Both the position numbers and the translations under genes were made by a program. Below, piece by piece: positions 55,460 through 64,000 of a stretch of 64,000 bases of DNA. Source of the stretch: Amphiplicatus sp. Its GTDB lineage: Bacteria > Pseudomonadota > Alphaproteobacteria > Caulobacterales > Parvularculaceae. The stretch is taken from assembly GCA_040216495.1 (NCBI GenBank), contig JAVJPA010000175.1, positions 7,333-71,332 on the forward strand. Reading direction: 5' to 3'. Every line of letters starts with the position of its first letter. The stretch's first letter is position 1. Under the pieces are notes generated by a model. That model was not told the origin of the DNA. It worked only from the letters and a program-made list of their open reading frames with translations, and did not search any database.

Positions 55460-56878
55460 ATGTCGAAGATGAAGTTCCGCCGGAAGTCCCGCGCCAGAGG
55501 CGGCGCCTCGCCCGCCGCGCTCGCCGCCGCCGCATTTGGCGGCGCGCTCGTTTCCGCCGCGCTCCTCAGCGCCGGTTTCGCGCGGCCGACCATTTCCGCC
55601 GATACTTTCCGCCAGCTCGACCTGTTCGGAGAGGTTTTCGAACAGGTGCACGAAAATTACGTCGTTGAGCCGAACGACGGCGACCTGATCAAAGGGTCGA
55701 TCGACGGCATGATGTCGAAACTCGATCCGCACTCGAACTACATGACCGCCGAAGACTTCCGCACCATGCAGGAGCAGACCCGCGGCACCTTCGCCGGTCT
55801 CGGCATTCAGGTCGTGATGGAAAATGAAGGACCCGATAAGGGCCTCGTCAAGATTGTGGCGCCGATTGACGACACGCCCGCTTCTCGCGCCGGCCTCAAG
55901 ACCAACGATCTCATTGTCGCGATCGACGGCGACCCCGTCATGGGCAAGACCATCGATGAGGCTATCGGGAAGCTGAAAGGCGACAAGGGCACCAAGGTGG
56001 AAATTTCCGTTCTGCGCGACCGCGCGCAGCCGGCGTTCGACATGACTCTCGTGCGCGATATCGTCACTGTCCAATCGGTGACCGCGCGCGTCGAAGGCCA
56101 GTTCGGCTATATCCGCATTTCGACCTTCAGCGAGCAGACGGAAGAAGGGCTCAACAAGGCCCTGAAAACGCTCGCGACGGATATTCCCGGCGGCCCGAAG
56201 GGCTACGTGCTCGATCTTCGCTCCAATCCCGGCGGGCTCCTCGATCAGGCCGTCGCCGTTTCGGACACTTTCCTTGAAGGCGGCGAAATCGTTTCCACCC
56301 GCGGCAGGCGGCCGAAGGATACGTTGCGCGAAATGGGAACGCCCGGCGATAAGACCGCCGGCAAGCCGATCGTCGTACTGATTAACGGCGGCAGCGCCTC
56401 AGCGTCGGAGATCGTCGCCGGCGCATTGCAGGACCGCAACCGCGCCCTGCTGCTCGGCACCAAGTCTTTCGGCAAAGGCAGCGTTCAGACGGTCATCCCG
56501 CTGCAAAACGGCCTTCAGGGCGCGCTGCGGCTTACGACGTCGCGCTACTACACGCCGTCGGGCCGTTCCATTCAGGCGCTAGGCATCGAACCCGACATCG
56601 ATATGCCGGTGCTCTATCCGGGCGAAGAGAAAATCGCAGAGCGCCCCGCTGAAGCCGATCTTCCCGGCGCTCTCGCCGCCGACAGCGCCGCTGAGGCGGC
56701 GGCCGCGAAAGCAGTGACAGGCGAGGCGGAAAAACCGGCTGTCGAACCTGTTCACTGCGGTAAAAAGGAGAATGGCGATCCTGAGGATTGCCAGCTTAAA
56801 CGCGCGCTCGAAATTCTCGCTGACACGACCGCGTATCGTTCCGCCCTCGCCAGCGCCGCCGGGGCGAGGCAACAATAG
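55460..56878 (+). CDS. ctpA: S41 carboxyl-terminal processing protease
   Basis: LDPHS.Y, PDZ (APIDDTPA.RAG), LDLRSNPGGLL, GGSASASEIVAGALQD, FGKGSVQT, TTSRYYTPSG. Confidence 0.94.
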   Translation: MSKMKFRRKSRARGGASPAALAAAAFGGALVSAALLSAGFARPTISADTFRQLDLFGEVFEQVHENYVVEPNDGDLIKGSIDGMMSKLDPHSNYMTAEDFRTMQEQTRGTFAGLGIQVVMENEGPDKGLVKIVAPIDDTPASRAGLKTNDLIVAIDGDPVMGKTIDEAIGKLKGDKGTKVEISVLRDRAQPAFDMTLVRDIVTVQSVTARVEGQFGYIRISTFSEQTEEGLNKALKTLATDIPGGPKGYVLDLRSNPGGLLDQAVAVSDTFLEGGEIVSTRGRRPKDTLREMGTPGDKTAGKPIVVLINGGSASASEIVAGALQDRNRALLLGTKSFGKGSVQTVIPLQNGLQGALRLTTSRYYTPSGRSIQALGIEPDIDMPVLYPGEEKIAERPAEADLPGALAADSAAEAAAAKAVTGEAEKPAVEPVHCGKKENGDPEDCQLKRALEILADTTAYRSALASAAGARQQ

Positions 56879-56899
56879 CAATCTATCGAGATCGTTAAG

Positions 56900-56927
56900 A
56901 CCGCCCCAAGCCATTGGGGCGGTTTTT
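56900..56927 (+). terminator. Intrinsic terminator after ctpA
   Basis: ACCGCCCCAA-GCCA-TTGGGGCGGT followed by TTTT. Confidence 0.85.
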
Positions 56928-57046
56928 CTTTGCGCTGAGCGCAACTCGATCCTCGGCATTACCGATCCATTAACCCTGTCCTATCTAGGGTTCGGCGAGA
57001 CTTTCACAGACGCCGAAGGGCGCATTGCGCCTGAAATATTGGGATT

Positions 57047-58285
57047 ATGGGAGCCGTTGTTCGCCGCAGATTCCGTCCGCCTGTCCTTGGCAGGCTGGCC
57101 TGGGCCTGGCTGGCCTTCGCTTTGGCGGGCGGAGGGTTCGGCGCCTACGCGCTCATCGCCGGGGACATGTTCGACAGCCCCGCGCGCATCGCGTTGCCGC
57201 TCTCCGGCGACATTGAACGACTTGCGCCCGTTGCGACCGCATCCGTTCTCAATCGCGCTTCTTCGACCCAACCCGAACGCCTGACTGTCCGCGGCGACGA
57301 ACCAGCTTTCTCCGCTGAGACGGACGATGTCTTCGCCGGCGAACAGCTCGCTACGCTTGAGCAGCCCATGCTCGCGTCGGATGACGAACCGGAGGGTGCC
57401 ATCGTCATCACCATAGACGGCGGCGGAACTAGCAGATCCGGCGCCGGAACTGTCGCCTCCATATCGTTGACGAAACCTGCGATCAGCATTCCCGGCGCCG
57501 ATCCGGCGCTATTGTTGAAGACGCCGCTCGGCATGCGCCCGAAAATCGCCAGCGACGGCAGGCGCGCGTCGCGTCTCTATGCGCGCCCCTTCGAAAAAGA
57601 AAAAGGCAAACCCGTTGTCGGCCTGATCGTCGGCGGGCTCGGACTTAATCCCTATCTGACAGAACGCGCCATCAACGAACTGCCGCCGGAGGTGACGCTC
57701 GCTTTTGCTCCTTATGCGAAGGATCTTGATCGCTGGACGCAGCAGGCGCGCGAGGCCGGTCACGAAATCATGCTTGAATTGCCGATGGAGGCTCATGGCG
57801 GCGACTCGTCCGCGCTCGGACCTGCGGCCCTGCTTTCCGATCGCTCGAGCGCGGAAAACCTTCAACGCCTTGACTGGCTGATGTCGCGCTTCGGCGCCTA
57901 TTTCGGCGCGACGAATTATCTCGGCGGCAAGTTTTCCGCCGAGCGCGAGGCGATGGATCCCGTCCTCGCTCATCTCGCCGCGGCGGGCGTCGCTTATGTG
58001 GACGACACCGGCGCGGCGCGGCGGATCGGGTCCGGCGCCGGCCCCCTCGCGATCGTCAACCGCATGGTCACGCCGGGCGCAGACGGCGCCGATGTCAACG
58101 CCGCAAAACGGGACCTCAAAGCGCTCTCAAACGCCGCTAAACGCAGCGGCGACGCGCTCGGCAAAGCCTACGCCTATGATGCAACCATCGACGCTATCAT
58201 CGGCTGGGCGAACGAGATGGAAGCCGCCGGCGTCGCCCTCGCCCCTGCCTCCGCCATCGTTCAGGAACGCGCCCGCGACCTTTAG
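57047..58285 (+). CDS. Divergent polysaccharide deacetylase family protein
   Basis: N-terminal TM; IVGGLG, LP.EVTLAF.PY, GHEI.LELPME, NYLGG.F, YVDD. Confidence 0.88.
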   Translation: MGAVVRRRFRPPVLGRLAWAWLAFALAGGGFGAYALIAGDMFDSPARIALPLSGDIERLAPVATASVLNRASSTQPERLTVRGDEPAFSAETDDVFAGEQLATLEQPMLASDDEPEGAIVITIDGGGTSRSGAGTVASISLTKPAISIPGADPALLLKTPLGMRPKIASDGRRASRLYARPFEKEKGKPVVGLIVGGLGLNPYLTERAINELPPEVTLAFAPYAKDLDRWTQQAREAGHEIMLELPMEAHGGDSSALGPAALLSDRSSAENLQRLDWLMSRFGAYFGATNYLGGKFSAEREAMDPVLAHLAAAGVAYVDDTGAARRIGSGAGPLAIVNRMVTPGADGADVNAAKRDLKALSNAAKRSGDALGKAYAYDATIDAIIGWANEMEAAGVALAPASAIVQERARDL

Positions 58286-58350
58286 GGGTCGCAGGCGCTG
58301 GCGGTTTCGCATTTCCGGGTTTTCGGCTAGACCCGCAGCCGGAGCCAAGC

Positions 58351-58869
58351 ATGTCCATCGACGATTTTCTCGCCCGTTACCGTCCGAATATCGGCGTCGC
58401 GTTGTTCAACGCGGACGCGCGCGTGTTCATGGGCCGCCGCGTCGGCGATTTTTCCGACCTTAGCGAATTCGCCGACCAGCCGAATGACTGGCGATGGCAA
58501 ATGCCGCAGGGCGGAATCGACCGCGACGAAACCGCCGCCGAGGCGGCTTTTCGCGAACTGAAGGAAGAGACCGGCGTCTCGTCGGCGCGCCTTCTCGCCC
58601 TCACGCCAGGCTGGCTGCCTTACGATTTCCCGGCTGGTTACAAAAAGAAAAACTGGATCGGCCAGCGCCAGAAATGGGCGGCGATGTTGTTCGAGGGACC
58701 GGAATCGGAAATCGATCTTGAAGCGGACGAAAAACAGGAATTCGACGACTGGCGCTGGATCGAACTTGAGGAGGCGCCTTCGCTGATCGTGCCGTTCAAA
58801 CGCGCCGTCTACGAAGAACTTGTCGCCGCGTTCACGCCGCTGCGCGACTTTTTGCGCTCCCAGAAATGA
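58351..58869 (+). CDS. rppH: RNA pyrophosphohydrolase (Nudix)
   Basis: YRPN.G, WQMPQGGID...AA.REL.EETG, GQRQKW, EFD.WRW, FKR.VY. Confidence 0.92.
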   Translation: MSIDDFLARYRPNIGVALFNADARVFMGRRVGDFSDLSEFADQPNDWRWQMPQGGIDRDETAAEAAFRELKEETGVSSARLLALTPGWLPYDFPAGYKKKNWIGQRQKWAAMLFEGPESEIDLEADEKQEFDDWRWIELEEAPSLIVPFKRAVYEELVAAFTPLRDFLRSQK

Positions 58870-59561
58870 ACGCATACTCGCCCGACTTTCTTCTCGAACG
58901 CCTTCTCTACCGCGACGGGCTGATGCTGGTAATCGACAAGCCGGCGGGTTTGCCCGTTCATGCCGGTCCCGGCGGCGGCGACAATTTGGAGAATTATTTC
59001 GACGCGCTGAAGTTCGGCCTGCCGCGTCCGCCGGCGCTCGCTCACAGACTCGATCGCGACACGTCGGGCTGCCTCGCGCTTGGTCGGCACCGCAAAGCCC
59101 TCGCCAAGCTCGGCAAGCTGTTCCAGCAGAACCGGGTTGAAAAGACTTACTGGGCGATCTGCGCAGGCGCGCCGGAAAAGCCGTCCGGTACGATCGCGCT
59201 GCCGCTCAAAAAGGAGATGAGCCGCACGGGCTGGCGCATGATAACCGCGCCCGACGGACAGGAGGCGGCGACGACCTACCGCACCCTTTCGTCCGCAAAC
59301 GGCCTTTATTTCATCGAGGCCAAACCCAAGACCGGACGCACGCACCAGATCCGCGTCCATCTCGCCGCCATCGGCGCGCCCATCGTCGGCGACGGCGTCT
59401 ACGGCGCCGATACGGAGGAAAACCGGCGCGCGCCGATGATGCTGCACGCGCGCCGCATCATTATTCCGATTTCGGCGAACAAGGAGCCGGTTGTCGTTGA
59501 AGCGACGCCGCCAGAAACTATGACGACAATGCTAGAGCGCGCCGGCATGCAGCCTGCCTAG
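58866..59561 (+). CDS. RluA-family pseudouridine synthase
   Basis: DKPAGL.VH, HRLDRDTSG, EKTYWA, TGRTHQIRVHLA, GD..YG, LHA. Confidence 0.93.
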   Translation: MNAYSPDFLLERLLYRDGLMLVIDKPAGLPVHAGPGGGDNLENYFDALKFGLPRPPALAHRLDRDTSGCLALGRHRKALAKLGKLFQQNRVEKTYWAICAGAPEKPSGTIALPLKKEMSRTGWRMITAPDGQEAATTYRTLSSANGLYFIEAKPKTGRTHQIRVHLAAIGAPIVGDGVYGADTEENRRAPMMLHARRIIIPISANKEPVVVEATPPETMTTMLERAGMQPA

Positions 59562-60673
59562 ATATTGATATCCGCCCAGATCGCGGCGTGATCAGAAGCG
59601 GCGTGGTGCGGGCCTGTCATCGTGTCGTAGATGGGCCACCACTTGTCGCCGGTCGACCCTCCCCACACGCCTTTTCGGAAGAGCCCTGCGGCCGTCACCT
59701 TCGAGAAAAGGTTCGGCGACAGAAGAAGGAAGTCGATTTTCTGAGACGCAGTGCCGTTGGCGTAGGTGCCGGGGCGCCCCCCATCGTCGAACCCGGCGAA
59801 TTCGCTCGCGTCCTTGAGATCGGACCCTTCCTTCAGGAGGGGCGCGAGCGGCGCGCTCTCGGGCGTGTCGTTGAAGTCGCCAAGAACAATGATGTTCTTC
59901 AAGCCTTCAGCGCGCCGCGCATCGTAGATCTTCCTGATCTGCTTCGCCTGCCGCTTGCGTTTGCCATTCGAATCCGCCTGCGAGCCGAATCCCTTGCTCT
60001 TCAGATGATTGATCAGCAGGAGAATGGTTTCGCCCGAGGGCGTCGTTACGAAATATTCTGGGCAGTCGCGACTGAAGATGACGCCCTTCGAATCGGCATC
60101 CTCCACATGGCTCCGCATCAGATCGATGACGAAGTTTTTTCGCGTCATCAGGCCGACGTCAATGCCCCGCCCGTCATTGCCGTCGATCAACATGATCGAC
60201 TGATAGAGGAAACCCTCGGGCTTCAGGAGGTCATCGTTGAACCTGCAAAGCGCGACGCGGTCTTCCGCCTCGACCACCGCCAGCATATCCGCCTTTACGT
60301 CGGCGATGACGCGCGCGGTATTGCGGATGGCGATCTCATTGACGGTCTCGTCTTTCAGTTCGAGCCAGCCGATCCAGTCGTCGCGGCCTTCCGCCACGAC
60401 CTCGACGGGCTTGCCGCCCTTCGGCCTTTTGACGAGCGAGCCGCGCGTGCGCCGCAGGATGACGAACTCGCTCTCGTCGCTGCGCAAGATGCCGAGGAAT
60501 TTCATTTCCTCGAGGATCTTTTTCTTGATGGCGGCGGTGTACTTCTTCTCTTCGAACAGTTTGTTGAGGCGCGCATGCGCCTCCAGCACGGGCTTTCCCT
60601 CGGCCCATGTATCCTGATTGAGGGCCTTGGCCCGCATGAACAGGTTTTCAACATTGAAAGCGGCGATACGCAT
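59558..60673 (-). CDS. Endonuclease/exonuclease/phosphatase (EEP) family protein
   Basis: FNVENLF, E.E.R, GNDGRGIDVG, FSRDC, NHLKS, GDFND, ID.LLLS, SDH. Confidence 0.88.
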   Translation of the reverse strand: MRIAAFNVENLFMRAKALNQDTWAEGKPVLEAHARLNKLFEEKKYTAAIKKKILEEMKFLGILRSDESEFVILRRTRGSLVKRPKGGKPVEVVAEGRDDWIGWLELKDETVNEIAIRNTARVIADVKADMLAVVEAEDRVALCRFNDDLLKPEGFLYQSIMLIDGNDGRGIDVGLMTRKNFVIDLMRSHVEDADSKGVIFSRDCPEYFVTTPSGETILLLINHLKSKGFGSQADSNGKRKRQAKQIRKIYDARRAEGLKNIIVLGDFNDTPESAPLAPLLKEGSDLKDASEFAGFDDGGRPGTYANGTASQKIDFLLLSPNLFSKVTAAGLFRKGVWGGSTGDKWWPIYDTMTGPHHAASDHAAIWADINI

Positions 60674-60706
60674 GGTCTCTCCCCCTATGCTGTCGCGATA
60701 GAGGGG

Positions 60707-60729
60707 AAAATGCGCCGCTTCGGCGGCGC
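60707..60729 (-). terminator. Terminator-like hairpin after atpC
   Basis: Minus strand GCGCCGC-CGAA-GCGGCGC followed by ATTTT. Confidence 0.6.
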
Positions 60730-60758
60730 CCACAATCATGCACGGATTGCGCCGCGCT

Positions 60759-61154
60759 TTACAGCGCCAGTTGAAGCTCTTTCAATTCGCGCAGCTCGCG
60801 CTCGGCGAGGATGCGGGTCTGCGGCGCGGTGTCGTTGTCGCGCAAGTCTTCCTCGGCGTCCTTGATGCGCTGGGCGATGGCGGCGTGATCGAGTTCTTTC
60901 ACTGGGATCGCCTCTTCCGCGAGGATCGTAAGCCCTGCGGGCGTCACTTCCGCGAACCCGCCGCGCACGAAGATGCGCGTTTCGGTTTGGCCGTTCTTCA
61001 CCTTGACGACGCCGGGCGACAGCGTCGCCATGAACGGCGCGTGGTTCGGCAGCACGCCGAACATGCCTTCCGCACCCGGAACGTCGACCTGATCGACATC
61101 TTCCGACATCAGTTGCCGCTCGGGCGAGACGAGGTTGAAGTGGAGTTTGTTCAT
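60759..61154 (-). CDS. atpC: F1F0 ATP synthase epsilon subunit
   Basis: LVSPER, VPG.EG.FGVL.NHAP, GGFAEV. Confidence 0.95.
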   Translation of the reverse strand: MNKLHFNLVSPERQLMSEDVDQVDVPGAEGMFGVLPNHAPFMATLSPGVVKVKNGQTETRIFVRGGFAEVTPAGLTILAEEAIPVKELDHAAIAQRIKDAEEDLRDNDTAPQTRILAERELRELKELQLAL

Positions 61155-61158
61155 TGTA

Positions 61159-61226
61159 AGTGCGTAGATCGTAGTGCGTCGTGCGTAGGAAAAAGCGAAA
61201 CCCTACGCACGACGCACTACGCACTA
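61159..61226. repeat. REP-like palindromic element built from TAGTGCG units, copy 2
   Basis: Perfect 20-bp inverted repeat CGTAGTGCGTCGTGCGTAGG (61170-61189) / CCTACGCACGACGCACTACG (61202-61221) around a 12-nt spacer, with extra flanking units. Confidence 0.85.
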
Positions 61227-61230
61227 TTCC

Positions 61231-62676
<1,446 letters not shown>

Positions 62677-62688
62677 CTATTCGTCCGT

Positions 62689-63570
62689 CTACAGCGCTTC
62701 AGCGCCGGAGATGATTTCGATGAGTTCCTTGGTGATCTGGGCCTGCCGCGCGCGGTTGTATTGCAGCGTCAGCTTGTCGATCATATCGCCAGCGTTGCGC
62801 GTGGCGTTGTCCATGGCCGACATTTTCGCGCCCATTTCCGACGCGACGTTCTCGAGCAGCGCCCGGAAAATCTGCACGGCGATGAAGCGCGGCAGGAGCG
62901 TCTGGAGAATTTCCTCTTCCGCCGGCTCGTATGTGTAGATTGCGCCCTTAAGGTCCGGCGGTTTGACCCCTTCCGGCGCCTTCGCGGGGATGATCTGCTG
63001 CGCGGTCGGCACCTGGCTGATCACCGACTTGAACTGGCCGTAGAACAGCGTCGCCACGTCGAACTCGCCAGCCTCGAACAGTTTGAGAACTTTTTCGGCG
63101 ATGTCGCTGGCGTTGCTGAAACCGATCTGCTTGACGTCGAGAAAATCGCTCTTGCCGATGATGAGATGGCTGTAGAGCCGCTTCAGCTGATCGTTGCCCT
63201 TGCGGCCCACGGTGATGATCTTCACCGTCTTGCCTTCGCCCTGCAGCTTCACGATGCGCTCGCGCGCAAGCCGCACGATCGACGAGTTAAAGCCGCCGCA
63301 CAGTCCCTTGTCGGCGGTCGCGACAATGAGGAGGTGCGTCTTGTCGCTTCCCGTACCGGAAAGAAGCTTCGGCGCGTTCGGGTTGTCCTTCGCGGACGCG
63401 GTGAGGTTCGCCATCACCGCTTCCATCCGCTCCGTATAGGGACGGGCGGCGCGAGCGGCCTCCTCCGCGCGACGAAGCTTCGCCGAGGCGACCATCTGCA
63501 TCGCCTTGGTGATCTTCTTCGTCGATTTTACCGACGCGATCCGGTTTTTGAGGGACTTGAGGCTCGGCAT
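62689..63570 (-). CDS. atpG: F1F0 ATP synthase gamma subunit
   Basis: [48 protein letters not shown]. Confidence 0.98.
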   Translation of the reverse strand: MPSLKSLKNRIASVKSTKKITKAMQMVASAKLRRAEEAARAARPYTERMEAVMANLTASAKDNPNAPKLLSGTGSDKTHLLIVATADKGLCGGFNSSIVRLARERIVKLQGEGKTVKIITVGRKGNDQLKRLYSHLIIGKSDFLDVKQIGFSNASDIAEKVLKLFEAGEFDVATLFYGQFKSVISQVPTAQQIIPAKAPEGVKPPDLKGAIYTYEPAEEEILQTLLPRFIAVQIFRALLENVASEMGAKMSAMDNATRNAGDMIDKLTLQYNRARQAQITKELIEIISGAEAL

Positions 63571-63583
63571 CGCCGATCAATCC

Positions 63584-64000
63584 TTACGCAAATTTCTTGG
63601 CGAACGAATCAAGAATCCCGATCAGCTTCTTCTCTGTCGCGTCCGACATCGCTTTCTCGTCGCGAATGGTTTTGAGAAGGTCCGCATGGTCGGCGTGAAG
63701 ATGGCGCAGGAACTCCTTCTCGAACTCCTGCACGCGGTTCTTCGCGACCTTGTCGAGATAGCCGCGGACGCCCGCGAAGATCACGCAGACCTGCTCCTCG
63801 ACCTGAAGCGGCGAGAACTGGCCTTGCTTCATCAGCTCGGTGAGGCGGTCGCCGCGGTTCAGGATGCGCTGCGTCGTGGCGTCGAGGTCGGAACCGAACT
63901 GCGCGAAGGCCGCAAGCTCGCGGTACTGCGCAAGCTCGCCTTTGATCTTGCCGGCGACCTGCTTCATCGCCTTGATCTGCGCGGCCGAACCGACGCGGCT
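63584..64000 (-). CDS. atpA: F1F0 ATP synthase alpha subunit (3' part only)
   Basis: [38 protein letters not shown]. Confidence 0.97.
   Translation of the reverse strand, partial: SRVGSAAQIKAMKQVAGKIKGELAQYRELAAFAQFGSDLDATTQRILNRGDRLTELMKQGQFSPLQVEEQVCVIFAGVRGYLDKVAKNRVQEFEKEFLRHLHADHADLLKTIRDEKAMSDATEKKLIGILDSFAKKFA

Overview
High-GC alphaproteobacterial chromosome segment; the gene set (ZitP-like, TIGR02302, TadD-like, ftsEX, envC-ctpA) suggests a Caulobacterales/Parvularculales-like organism, which is an inference. Bases 1-25,200 are a surface-glycan region: an FkbM methyltransferase, two tandem AsnB-type amidotransferases, three glycosyltransferases, an AGE epimerase, a uronate epimerase, manC, ugd and rfbBDA. 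Interleaved with these are an uncharacterised membrane-anchored Cys-His-Asp (transglutaminase/NAT-like) protein, an orphan DUF2793 GTA-type tail-fibre gene, a PEP-CTERM-like surface protein, mtaP, rplU-rpmA and nadE. Bases 25,300-64,000 are mostly core genes: pyrC, ygfZ, tag, fabH-like, tlpA, argH, lysA, TIGR02302, hpt, zitP-like, ftsEX, plsC, M17 peptidase, tadD-like, GST/GNAT/OYE, obgE, nadD, rsfS, rlmH, envC, ctpA, rppH, rluA-like and atpCDGA. The most interesting signals are three. (1) An unannotated domain appears duplicated in the Cys-His-Asp protein and also inserted into the FkbM enzyme, pointing to a possibly undescribed glycan-tailoring or cross-linking module. (2) A GTA-type tail fibre sits inside the glycan locus. 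(3) Two copies of a (TAGTGCG)n-based palindromic REP-like element lie 45 kb apart. I found no rRNA, tRNA, CRISPR array or transposase. All homology calls are by-eye motif recognition; no searches were run.
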